From an uncultured Methanosarcinaceae archaeon (GTDB lineage: Archaea; Halobacteriota; Methanosarcinia; Methanosarcinales; Methanosarcinaceae): a stretch of 64,000 nt of DNA. Position numbers and translations under genes: made by a program. Below, piece after piece: positions 1 to 10,261 of the stretch. Positions within the stretch are counted from its first letter, which is position 1. Every line of letters begins with the position of its first letter. Under the pieces are notes generated by a model. The model saw only the letters and a list, made by a program, of their open reading frames with translations, made no database searches and was not told the origin of the DNA. The stretch spans positions 256,001 through 320,000 of the forward strand of contig CAVSHT010000011.1 in NCBI GenBank assembly GCA_963727895.1, read 5' to 3'.

Positions 1-353
1 ATCTTTTATCGTTCTGAATTCAAAAAACCCTATTTAATAGTAACGAGCCTTGTTCATAATTATATTTAAATCCATTTATATAATCCTGTATTCTCTCATT
101 TGAAGTACAAAATCGCACATAATAGACGTTGTAATCAAATCCTTTTTGGGACGTTGATAATTAAATATACCTATTTCTCAGTTCAACCTATTAAGTCCTT
201 TTATATTGATTATGGGCTTTATAGAAGACTTATTTAAGTTCGTCTCTAGAAGCTAAATAAATATATGTAAAAATACATCTATCTATTCAGTTAAAACTAG
301 TCTTTGCTTCATTAATCATATCAATACAAAATCTTTTAGTTTCTACTGCTAAT

Positions 354-1596
354 GTTCATGTCCACAGACCTCTTGCAGTAAATTTGATTTGAATCTTCTG
401 ACATATTTGTAAAAACAAATCAACATCTATAGTCAATAGGCTAAATACTACAACTTTATTGAGATACAAAATGTTATTTTTTGCAGCAATTATGGGCGTT
501 ACTATATGTCTGAAATATACGTTTATAAATGGGAGGATATCCAAAAATATTTTCCACCTGAAAGAGTGGCAGAAATTCGAGCCAAAATCCTTGAACTGCG
601 AAAATCTGGAAAATATACCGATAGAGAACTGTGGGAAATGTATGGAATGAGCGAACGTACTTTCTATTATCTTGTTGAAAGAGCAAAAGACGGAAGTAGA
701 GCAGAAGACTTGAAGGACACGCCTTCGAAGCCTAAAAATCCATATCGAAAGCTAACGGATGAAGATAAAGCTGAAATAATAAATCTCTATTTGAATAATA
801 CAAACAAAATCGAATCATCTAAACATGCGTTTGTTGATGCAATGGAAAAAACAGACCATGTCTTAAAATCAGAGAGAGTACAGCAATTGACGGGATTAAT
901 GGATAAAGCTGTGAAGGGAGTTCGAAGAATTGCAGCTTCATTCAATAAAAAAAAAGAGAACAAAGAAAGCTCAGTTTGTGTTGGCAAATCATGGGTTCAT
1001 CATATTCTTGCTATTGCTGGGCTTACTGGAAAACAGAAGACGGCTATAAGTTCCAAACATCTTCAACGCCCTCAAGAACCATTGAGCTCTTTCAATATGG
1101 ACTATACTCAACGGAGAATTGGAAATGGTGAGACTGCGTATGTTTTTGGTGTACTTGATATTTTTAACAGTGGTATTGTAATCCTTGATGCCCATAAGAC
1201 AAAATCAGGTGCGAATGTGGTAGAATCTCTTCACCAATTACGCAAAATAGTACCAAAAGATGTTGTAATCGAGATTCGATCTGATGGAGGTTTGGAGTTT
1301 AATAATGCGACTGTGCGTGAATATTGTAATAAAAATAATATTATACATCATATTCTTCCAAAGGCACATCCGTGGTTGAACGCTTTCATTGAACGAGCAA
1401 TAGAGACTTTGCAATATGAATTCATAAATTTACAATACCATGCAACGTTTAATGATTTTCAGAAATTTCTTGTGATTACTAAAAATGGATACAATTTACG
1501 TGAGCATTCATCATTCAACTATCGAAGTCCAGTGGAAATATGGAATTCTTCGGAAGTTTCATTGAGTGTTACTGCAAGAGGTCTGTGGACATGAAC
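354..1596 (+). mobile_element. IS481-like insertion sequence, apparently intact
   Basis: Perfect 28-bp terminal inverted repeats GTTCATGTCCACAGACCTCTTGCAGTAA (354-381) and 1569-1596. Flanks GCTAAT (348-353) / GTTAAT (1597-1602) resemble a 6-bp target duplication with one mismatch. Confidence 0.9.
506..1594 (+). CDS. DDE transposase (N-terminal HTH + rve/integrase core), IS481/IS3-type
   Basis: Motifs FNMDYT, IRSDGGLEF, NAFIERAIETL and YNLREHSSF. The ORF runs into the right inverted repeat. Confidence 0.85.
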   Translation: MSEIYVYKWEDIQKYFPPERVAEIRAKILELRKSGKYTDRELWEMYGMSERTFYYLVERAKDGSRAEDLKDTPSKPKNPYRKLTDEDKAEIINLYLNNTNKIESSKHAFVDAMEKTDHVLKSERVQQLTGLMDKAVKGVRRIAASFNKKKENKESSVCVGKSWVHHILAIAGLTGKQKTAISSKHLQRPQEPLSSFNMDYTQRRIGNGETAYVFGVLDIFNSGIVILDAHKTKSGANVVESLHQLRKIVPKDVVIEIRSDGGLEFNNATVREYCNKNNIIHHILPKAHPWLNAFIERAIETLQYEFINLQYHATFNDFQKFLVITKNGYNLREHSSFNYRSPVEIWNSSEVSLSVTARGLWT

Positions 1597-2518
1597 GTTA
1601 ATCCAATGCTAAATACTTCTGGGTTAAATATCAAATCATTTTTAACGTTAATTATTTTATTAAAAACCGGTAACCAGGGGATGTCGTCTCTAATTGTTGG
1701 GGCTTTTGTGTGTGAATTATGGATATGGAATCCTTTTATTGATTCTTCAGGTATCATTTCAATGTTATTGATAAAATGACTATTTACATTGTTAGAATAA
1801 TTCTTGGATACTTGTGTATACATAGTCCTGAAATCTACAACGAAGCCTATATGCTTCTGATATGAAGGATGATTCTTAACTAAATACTCCCAAAATTATT
1901 TCATCTGTATGCCATTTGAAATTACATGTCCTGTCCTATTTTCAATAAGAATTGTTTGCTTCACTTTAGATTCTTTTTTAAAATTATTAAATAATTTTAT
2001 AGCAGATTCAGCAATGAATTGATTTGTATTAGGCTTTTTTCCTGGATGAATTTCTATCACGGAAGGAGGTAATCCAATGTGCTTAACAATATCGATGTTC
2101 ATTTCTATAAATTGACTTACCCATGGTTCACTATACCACTTTAAATAGCATTTAGAGGCTAGAGCCGGTTCTGTGTGAAAAATATATTTAATATCTTTTG
2201 GAAGTTTATCGTCTTTCAAATATAATTTATTTATAGCTTCTTTTGTTAGAAATTCACCAACACTTAATCCTAAAAATTCAGTTTCGGTGTTTCTGACAAA
2301 ATGAGCAGGTACCTCTACAAAATAAAACTATATTGTTTTGCTTTTACCCATCGATTAAGTAATCCCCTTCTACAATTTTTAGAGTTAACTTCACCTACAT
2401 TAGGAAATACAAACCATGTTTCACTTATACACACCAAAATAATTATTACTGTTTACCCGCTTATTATACTTTTGTTGACTTCATGGTTCTTGACAGCTTG
2501 CAGCAAATCTCTTCAATC

Positions 2519-3607
2519 TTATAGTAAATATCTTCTTGAACTCAAGACTGATCTGAGAATCTCGTCACTTCCAGCCTTTTCGATTTTGATGTCAGAAGAC
2601 TTTTCAATTATCTCAAAATTGAAGGGCAAACGCTTCCTAACTTCTCCTATAAGCTGAAAATCACCGTTAAGAAAAACATAATCAATAAACTTATTTTCTT
2701 CTAGAATCTTATCCAGTACCTCGATGACTTTGTCCATGTGATGCGCGATGTCTTCTTCTCTCAGGCGCTCAAAGCGGCGCTGGCTAAAGCCTCCTTTGCT
2801 GTGTTTTTCCTTTACGCTGCTGCGGATAAGTTCCTCAGTATCAAAAAGCCTCCCATCGGCAGTAAAACCTATGAAGGATTCACCAGCATGCAGGACAAGG
2901 ACTAAAATGTGGTAACTCTCACTCAAACTCTCTTCAAGCAAAGAAACATCAAAACTGTGATCACACTGCCAGAATGGTGAAGCAATTGGGATAGGAGGGA
3001 CTATAGCTTCGCATACCATGCGGTGAATATCATAGAAAAGTACAAATCCGGTTTCAGGTTCAAGCCTCTCAAGAAGCGTAAGAATTTTCTCTTCTATGCT
3101 TTCAATAAGCTTTTCACTTAGTACTTCTGATACGCGAGTATTCGGAGGCAAGTAAACAGTCAGCAAGTCGTCTGCCGGAGCTTGAAAGGATTTGAGTTTA
3201 GACAGGTAAGCCTGAACAGCTTGTAGGCTCAGAGTTTCAATTCCACGGAACTTCAGTTTGTCCTCTGATTCAGTTCTAATAGTTTCGATCTCGTGGGATA
3301 GAGTCTGAGTTCGAATACGTTCCTGGTTTAAAAGGGCTTCAACTTCCTGTCTGTCCGCTACCGCCTGTCGTGCAAGACCCTCTCTTTTTTCAAGCTGGAT
3401 TTTTGCACTCTGCATGTCACGTTCCAGTTTAATGATCTGCGAGTTGAGTCGCTCTACCTCAAGTTCAAGTTCTCCTTTTCCTGAAATTTTTCCTATCAAT
3501 GTACTAAAACCCTTTTTCGTACCTTTAGAGGTTTCTTTTTTTGCTTTTTTGTCGTTAATTTGCCTCCCTCCTGCCCATGCGTAACTGCTTTGCGAAAATA
3601 GCTTCAA
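2519..3607 (-). CDS. Vms1/ANKZF1-like (VLRF1) release-factor homologue with N-terminal coiled coil; start uncertain
   Basis: KHSKGGFSQRRFERLRE is the GGxSQ loop variant of the eRF1 central domain. Confidence 0.8.
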   Translation of the reverse strand: MKLFSQSSYAWAGGRQINDKKAKKETSKGTKKGFSTLIGKISGKGELELEVERLNSQIIKLERDMQSAKIQLEKREGLARQAVADRQEVEALLNQERIRTQTLSHEIETIRTESEDKLKFRGIETLSLQAVQAYLSKLKSFQAPADDLLTVYLPPNTRVSEVLSEKLIESIEEKILTLLERLEPETGFVLFYDIHRMVCEAIVPPIPIASPFWQCDHSFDVSLLEESLSESYHILVLVLHAGESFIGFTADGRLFDTEELIRSSVKEKHSKGGFSQRRFERLREEDIAHHMDKVIEVLDKILEENKFIDYVFLNGDFQLIGEVRKRLPFNFEIIEKSSDIKIEKAGSDEILRSVLSSRRYLL

Positions 3608-4015
3608 GTGTAACCTTTCCGGTAGAAAGTTTGACCAATGGTCTTATCTGGCTTGTGGTCAAGCGAGTAATTAAAATTTTTGTGAATACGTTTGTCGAAA
3701 ACTCTAGATACAGCGCAACGTTTGAGGCTCAATGTTTGAGATATTAATAAGTAAGAGTTATTTATATAGACTCTTTGTCAATTTTAATCCTTTGTATTTC
3801 GAAAGTTTTATGAATATCATATTGAATGTCAGTTTGCTTTCAAGAACATTTTCTGAAAAGCAAAATGAGTTAAAAAATTATTGCCAGTTTATTAACCTTA
3901 TAGATCACTCTGCTGCCCGAATATAATTTTTCGTTGACAGTTCTTTAAAACAAGATGGGCAGAAGGACTCAAACCGAGAAATACCCGATCAAATAGATCG
4001 GATCGAGTAGATGAA

Positions 4016-5275
4016 ATGGATAAAGAAGAACAACAAAAGGCCACCAGGTCCAGAGCCGAAAAATTTCATCCCACACTCTGGATCCAGGGACAGAAGAGTT
4101 CTTCCCTCGCTGGAAAGACCATAGCTCTTGGCATTACGGGAAGTATTGGAGCGGTCAGGGTAGTTGAACTTGCAAGAGAGCTGATAAGAAATGGGGCTGA
4201 AGTTCATGCTGTTATGACAGAGGCTGCTACGCACATCCTGCACCCTGATTCTCTTTATTATGCTACAGGAAATCCGGTAATTACCGAAATTGGAGGCAGG
4301 GTTGAGCATGTAGAATTTTGCGGGCTCAAAGGCAGAGCTGACCTTCTCCTTATAGCTCCCTCAACTGCAAACACTATCGGAAAAATTGCATACGGAATCG
4401 ATGATACTCCGGTAACTTCATTTGTAACAACTGCTCTTGGTTCTGGTATACCAGTGATGGTCGTTCCTGCAATGCATGAATCAATGTTCAGACATCCTGC
4501 TGTAGCTGAAAATCTTGTGAAATTGAAAAGCTGGGGAATCTCTATTGTGGGTCCCAGGCTTGAAGAAGGAATCGCAAAAATTGCGGCAAATGAAGAAATT
4601 GTGCTTGAGGTAGAAAGGACTCTCGGAAATAAAACCCTTAAAAACAAAAAGATAATTATCACGAGCGGTTCTACTGCTGAAAGCCTGGACCCAATCCGAA
4701 TCCTGACTAACCGGGCTTCAGGAAAGACTGGCAGAGAACTTGCCCTTGAAGCTTATCGCAATGGGGCTGATGTAACCCTTGTCCATAGGAATCGAATTGG
4801 ATTTGCAAGGATAAAGGAGATTTTTGCAGAAAGTGCAGCAGACATGACAGATGCTGTACTCCTAGAACTTGAGAAAAATTATGATGTCCTCATCAGTTCG
4901 GCAGCTATTGCAGACTATACAACCGATTTTTCTCCCGAAAAGATCAAATCGGGAGGTGAACTTACTTTAAAATTGAAACCAACTCGTAAACTGATAAAAG
5001 AATGCCGTGAAAAATACCCTGATCTCATGATTGTTGGTTTCAAGGCTGAAACCGGGGTTGAAAAAGAGGAACTCCTAAAAAGAGCAACTTTGACTCTTAA
5101 AACGTCAAAACTTAATCTTATTGCAGCAAACGATGTCGTAAAAGGCGGAATGGGTACAGAAGAGAATGAACTTTATCTTTTAAGGTCCAAAAAAAGCGAA
5201 CCCAGGCATGTAAGTGGTAATAAACGCAAAATAGCAGCTTCTATTCTCGAAGAAGTAGCTGAGTTATTAATATAA
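4016..5275 (+). CDS. coaBC: Phosphopantothenoylcysteine decarboxylase/synthase
   Basis: GITGSIGA, PAMHESM, ITSGSTAESLDPIRILTNRASGKTG, GFKAE. Confidence 0.96.
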   Translation: MDKEEQQKATRSRAEKFHPTLWIQGQKSSSLAGKTIALGITGSIGAVRVVELARELIRNGAEVHAVMTEAATHILHPDSLYYATGNPVITEIGGRVEHVEFCGLKGRADLLLIAPSTANTIGKIAYGIDDTPVTSFVTTALGSGIPVMVVPAMHESMFRHPAVAENLVKLKSWGISIVGPRLEEGIAKIAANEEIVLEVERTLGNKTLKNKKIIITSGSTAESLDPIRILTNRASGKTGRELALEAYRNGADVTLVHRNRIGFARIKEIFAESAADMTDAVLLELEKNYDVLISSAAIADYTTDFSPEKIKSGGELTLKLKPTRKLIKECREKYPDLMIVGFKAETGVEKEELLKRATLTLKTSKLNLIAANDVVKGGMGTEENELYLLRSKKSEPRHVSGNKRKIAASILEEVAELLI

Positions 5276-5412
5276 TTATTCTGCTGTAATATACTATCAG
5301 ATTATTCCACAATTATCAGATTATTCTACAAAAGTCCGGAAATATTCCGTAAAAATTCTGTAAAACAGGAACGAACTTTAAAAATGACTGAATTGATAAA
5401 AAGGCGTTTTTT

Positions 5413-6315
5413 ATGTATGAGTATGAAAATGAAGGAGCAGACCTTTTGACAAAAGCTTATGCTCCAGGACATATCACAGGGTTTTTCCAGATTCACGAGC
5501 ATGAAAACCCTCATCGTAAAGGATCAACAGGCTGCGGAATCGTTCTTAACGGCGGCGTAACCACCGAAGTTCAGGTCGGAGAAGCAATAGAAAAAACTGA
5601 AATTTTCCTTAACGGAAAAAGGGTCGAAGGAAAAACTACCCGAACAGTCGCAGAGATGATGACTGAGTTACCTGTAAAAATAAAGAGCTGGGCAGAAATT
5701 CCAACAGGATGCGGGTTTGGAGCTTCCGGTGCAGGAGCTCTTGGGACAGCCTATGCTCTAAATAGGGCACTTTCCCTAAATCAGACCGTAAAAAGCCTTA
5801 CTGAATATGCCCACGTAGCCGAAGTTGTTAACTGCAGCGGACTTGGAGATATTGCTGCCCAGTCCAATGGTGGGGTAGTAATCAGGCTACAGCCAGGTGG
5901 TCCAGAGTTTGGGCTTATAGATAGAATTCCAGCTCCCGAAGCCAGAGTTTTTTGTATTGTTCTTGGTGAGATCTCTACTGGCTCGGTTCTGAGGGACGAA
6001 GCTGCAGCCGAAAGAATTAATATTGCAGGAAAAATTGCAATGTCTGAACTGCTTAAAAAACCCACTCTTGAGAATTTTATGCAGCAGGCACAATCATTTG
6101 CCAGTAAAACCGAACTTATGAGCAGCAGAGCAAAAGATGTGATTGAAGCTGCAAACGCATTTGGAGGACTTGCTTCCCAGGCAATGCTTGGTGATACAGT
6201 TTTTGCGATTGCCCCTAATTCCCAGGAATTTGCTCTCTATGAAACTCTCCAGGAATTCGGACAAGTACTGGAATACGGAATCGGTACCTGTGTGCCGAAG
6301 TTAATGAATGAATAA
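5413..6315 (+). CDS. Pantoate kinase (GHMP family)
   Basis: APGHITGFF, GSTGCG, PTGCGFGASGA; lies in a CoA gene cluster. Confidence 0.93.
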   Translation: MYEYENEGADLLTKAYAPGHITGFFQIHEHENPHRKGSTGCGIVLNGGVTTEVQVGEAIEKTEIFLNGKRVEGKTTRTVAEMMTELPVKIKSWAEIPTGCGFGASGAGALGTAYALNRALSLNQTVKSLTEYAHVAEVVNCSGLGDIAAQSNGGVVIRLQPGGPEFGLIDRIPAPEARVFCIVLGEISTGSVLRDEAAAERINIAGKIAMSELLKKPTLENFMQQAQSFASKTELMSSRAKDVIEAANAFGGLASQAMLGDTVFAIAPNSQEFALYETLQEFGQVLEYGIGTCVPKLMNE

Positions 6316-6507
6316 GTTCAGCAGAACACATTTTGAATAAAGTAAATAGGGTATGTATAGAGTGTTAGTGCAGGTGTTTTACCTGAGTGATCTGAAATAA
6401 TCAGGTAATTAAAACAGGCAATTATACCAAAACTAATGAAATTAATTTGCTGATTTATAATATACTAAAAGGACTAAAAATGAACTAAAAAAAGGCAAGC
6501 GACTAAT

Positions 6508-7269
6508 ATGACCGAGATTCCAAAAGATCATCCAAGGTATGAATCCCTGTTAGCCCGTGAAAAAGTTGCATCCGGAGTAAAAATGGGAATTACAAGTATT
6601 CAAGGGCTAATTTCCCAGGGAAGAGGAGAAAGTTTTGATTACCTTATAGGAGAAAGAAGCACCAAATCGGCCCTGAACGCTGAAAGAGCTGCAGTTGCTG
6701 CCATTCTCCTGGCAAAAAATCCTGTAATTTCTGTAAACGGTAATGCAGCGGCTCTGGCTCCTGATAAAATTGTTGCTCTTGCAGACGTTACAGGGGCAAA
6801 GCTTGAAGTGAATCTTTTTCATAGAACTGAAACAAGAGTTCACCTTATTATAGAACAACTAAAAGCTAACGGGGCTTCTGAGGTGCTCGGTAAAAATCCG
6901 GATGCGAGCCTTGAACTCTCTCACGACAGGCGGCTGGTAGAAAGCCGAGGGATCTATTCAGCAGACGTAGTGCTTGTTCCACTGGAAGATGGAGATAGAT
7001 GTGAAAAGCTTGTAGAAATGAGAAAGACTGTTATAACTATTGACCTGAACCCCCTTTCACGAACCTCAAGGACAGCTACAATTTCAATAGTTGATAATCT
7101 TACTAGGGCTCTCGAAAATATGATCAGGTTCAGTATGGATCTGAGAAAGGAAAGAAAAGAAGAACTTGTAAAATTAATCACAACTTATGATAACAAAAAA
7201 GCCCTTAATGAAGCGATTTCTGAAATTCAGGAACATCTTAAAGTTATGAGTGTAGAATTGGAACGTTGA
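6508..7269 (+). CDS. 4-phosphopantoate--beta-alanine ligase (phosphopantothenate synthetase)
   Basis: HPRYESL, GRGESFDYLIGE, VPLEDGDR, IDLNPLSRT. Confidence 0.95.
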   Translation: MTEIPKDHPRYESLLAREKVASGVKMGITSIQGLISQGRGESFDYLIGERSTKSALNAERAAVAAILLAKNPVISVNGNAAALAPDKIVALADVTGAKLEVNLFHRTETRVHLIIEQLKANGASEVLGKNPDASLELSHDRRLVESRGIYSADVVLVPLEDGDRCEKLVEMRKTVITIDLNPLSRTSRTATISIVDNLTRALENMIRFSMDLRKERKEELVKLITTYDNKKALNEAISEIQEHLKVMSVELER

Positions 7270-7925
7270 GTATGGAATTAATTGAAAAAACAAGGGAATT
7301 TGTAGCTACTTTTCTTGAAGGAGAACCAAGTTCCCATGATATGTCCCATATAAACCGGGTAGAAGCTTTTTGCCTGGAAATTCAAAAAGAAGAAGGTGGA
7401 GATCTTCTCATATTGCAGCTTGCAGCTCTCCTTCATGATGTTGGCGTTATTAGAGAGCACGAAGAAGGTGGGGACCATGCCGTATATAGCGCAGAAATTG
7501 CTTTTGAGTTCCTTTCTAAAGCAGGGCTCGAAAAAGAAGTTATTGAAGCTGTTACAAACTGTATTCGGACACACCGATTCAGCTCAGGAGAAATCCCGGA
7601 GACTCTCGAAGCCCGAATTTTGCAGGATGCCGACCGGCTTGATGCCCTTGGAGCAATAGGAATTTTCAGGTCCATTCTTTCTATGGGAGCTCTCAGGATG
7701 TTAAAATATACAACAGGGATGGATAAGGGAAGTTCAAAAAGAACTGTGTATATTGAAGACCCTGTTGAAGGCTTTAACGAATATATGCAGTATAAACCTT
7801 TCACGATTCCTGAAAAGTTGAATACTGATACTGCGAAAAAGATCGCCGAAGAAAGACTGAAAATCATGCGAATTTATCTTAAAGCTCTGAACCTTGAGGC
7901 CGGAATTGATGAAAGAGGGCTCTAA
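7266..7925 (+). CDS. HD-domain phosphohydrolase
   Basis: HDMSHINRV, ALLHDVG, QDADRLDALGAIG; overlaps the stop of the preceding gene. Confidence 0.9.
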   Translation: MSMELIEKTREFVATFLEGEPSSHDMSHINRVEAFCLEIQKEEGGDLLILQLAALLHDVGVIREHEEGGDHAVYSAEIAFEFLSKAGLEKEVIEAVTNCIRTHRFSSGEIPETLEARILQDADRLDALGAIGIFRSILSMGALRMLKYTTGMDKGSSKRTVYIEDPVEGFNEYMQYKPFTIPEKLNTDTAKKIAEERLKIMRIYLKALNLEAGIDERGL

Positions 7926-8762
7926 GAGTTATCCGAAAAGTATTGTTACCTATTGTAATTTTTAGAGACTTTTTATTATTTTTGATATTTATTACATATA
8001 TAAAACAGAAGATAATTCACTGCTTCAAAATCTGTCTACACAAATTGATTTTTAAAAAACACAAAAAATTCGTGGGAAGAATGAATTGAATTAATAAAAA
8101 ACCTTATTCTTTTCTGATGAACGCAACAATTGAATAAAAACGAAATTCGTATATAGTCTTTCGTAATATGTAAAACTGATTTTTATAAGTAGGTATTGAG
8201 GAGGGAGTAATTCCCCCCTCTTTGTGCACTAACACAATCCGTTTTTTAAGCACATTGAGTAAAGTATTCGCATATCTCGTTTTTTAGTACTATAAAAGTT
8301 TTACTCAATCGTTTGAGTTAGACGTTTGTTTTTAAAGCTAGTGTCATATGACTTAGCTTTAGTGACTGATCTATTGTATCATAGTATATATACTTATTTA
8401 TATTTGTTATTTTTTATGTTAATACTTTTTATATTTGATTACTGCGCTAGTTTTTGCCTGATTCATGGGTAATTTGATCTGGATCGCTTGGACAGTCGCA
8501 ATTAAAAAAGGATTATCTGTGTAAAGTCAGAAAACAGTAAGTCGCTTAGAGAAATATCAGTATTTTTCTCAGGTTTATGTACCTGAACTGAGAAATAGTA
8601 ACAAATATTAAAATGTTCGTATTTGATATAGAATATCTAAAAATTGAGAGAAAAATAAGTGATTTTTCTTTTAAAATACGAACATTATAGGTCAAAACGT
8701 TCGTGTATCAAAGTGCCCCGTAAAATTAGATTTTAGCATGAAAGTACATGAGGAGATTATCC

Positions 8763-10027
8763 TCACGTGCTCTCCTGATCCTTTTTCCCCATAATCGCAA
8801 ATATTTCACTAATTATTTTAATCCGTTCATCAACCGAAAAAATCTCAGTTTCAATAATCTTTCTCTTTTGGATTTCTCCCTTTTGATATCCGGTTTCATC
8901 TTCGTCCATCTCATCATTTGTAATAAGATGCCATAGTATCGTTGCAATTTTCCTTGCTAAGGCAATAATTGCTTTTGCATGTCCAATCGACTTCTTTTTT
9001 CTGTTAAAAAACTCTTTTAACCTGCTATTCTTCTTTCTTGCTGCTGCTTGAGCAATCTGTGTCAGAATCCACCTTGCTACTTTTGATCCCCTCTTTGTGA
9101 TTCTGCCGTTATAGTATTTATCTGCAGATTGATACACATTAGGAACTAGACCAAGCCAAGAAGCAAGCTTATTTCCAGAAGAAAAATCCTTAAAGTTGCC
9201 TATTTCAGCAAGTAAAATTGCCGCACCAAGTTCCCCTATACTTGGAACTGACATTAAAATCTCCATTTCTCGCTTATGATTTCGAGAAGCATAATTAAAA
9301 ATTTCTGTTTCTAAAGCTTCGAGTTCATCATCAAGACTTTTTATGAGTATCAGACAGATCTGAAGTCTAAATGCAGCACTTTGAGAAATTTCTCGATCAA
9401 GAATTTCTCTTATCTGAGCAGCTTTTTTCCGAACATTTGGAGAGAGGCTTGCAATAATCTGATCAACACTCTTACCTGAAGAGATTCCTAATAAGATCAT
9501 TCTGCCATTCTTGCCAAAAACGTCTGTCAGCACATTATTCAGGTGTAGCATTTCAGATGCAAAAATTGAATTTCAGATGCAAGAATTGAGTGAGCTTTAT
9601 TTTTTAAATCTGTTCTTTTTTGTACAAGTGTTAACCGAAGTAGAACATATGATCTAAAATCTATATGATCCTTTGGAAAAACTCTTGATGGCTGAATCAT
9701 ATTATTAAGTGCAAGTTGTGCAATGACTTCTGAGTCAATCTTATATGTTTTTGTATGGGTAAATACCTTCATATCTCGCGCATTTCCAACTATCACAGTT
9801 AGATGCTTTACCAATGAATCATGAATCGGAACCCAAAAGTCGCTGGTTGATTCACATGCAACAACATCACATTTTTCTGATATTACCCAATTTTTAAGGG
9901 CTAAAATTCCTTCATCATCTCTGTTGAAGCGTTGCTGTTGTTTTTCACCAGATCTACTGAAAATTGTAGCAATGAAAAAGAGTTTGTGAATGTCTAAACC
10001 ACAAGCTTTGTTTATGACTTCAATCAA
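8763..10027 (-). pseudogene. IS110 DEDD recombinase/transposase, frameshifted
   Basis: CGLDIHK, ACESTSDFW, C-terminal LASWLGLVPNVYQSA and GRITKRGS. A 20-bp tandem duplication at 9550-9589 breaks the frame. The KTD motif reads KTY. Confidence 0.92.
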
Positions 10028-10029
10028 AT

Positions 10030-10217
10030 TAGATCACCAAATTTATTTGGGCAGTGGAATTGCCTAAAAGGCCAATTTAGCATCCGTGATCAAAGTCACA
10101 CTTGAGCCTTCGATGGCAATTCACTGATTAGTTTTAGGACGGTTTTGAAAAACCAAAATCGAGACAACCTTACTGCCCAAGGTAATGAGGGCTTAATAGT
10201 CAAAAAAAGAACGGAGA
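10030..10217 (-). ncRNA. Candidate IS110 bridge RNA in the upstream non-coding end
   Basis: Nested inverted repeats 10047-10055/10172-10180, 10052-10064/10115-10126, 10068-10072/10106-10110, 10086-10099 and 10141-10154, directly upstream of an IS110 recombinase. Confidence 0.6.
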
Positions 10218-10261
10218 GTACTTTCATTAGTTGTGCTTGTTATTCAAAGAATATCATGTGC

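Larger units (their letters stand above)
287..2420 (-). pseudogene. Decayed TIM-barrel (AP-endonuclease-2/xylose-isomerase-like) gene interrupted by the IS481-like element
   Basis: ORFs 1896-2219 and 1569-1823 join in frame across one TAA at 1896-1898. There is a frameshift near 2320. After removing the IS, the frame continues to a TGA at 287-289. Motifs IEIHPG, ILIEN, VVD, FHIH, NPEV. The 5' end is approximate. Confidence 0.6.
8733..10230 (-). mobile_element. IS110-family element (inactive copy)
   Basis: 10-bp inverted repeats ATGAAAGTAC (8738-8747) / GTACTTTCAT (10218-10227). TTAG occurs at both junctions (8733-8736, 10227-10230). Confidence 0.82.

Noticed and set aside
356..544. 62-aa minus ORF ending TARGLWT like the transposase
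   Set aside because: The shared ending is just translation of the inverted repeat.
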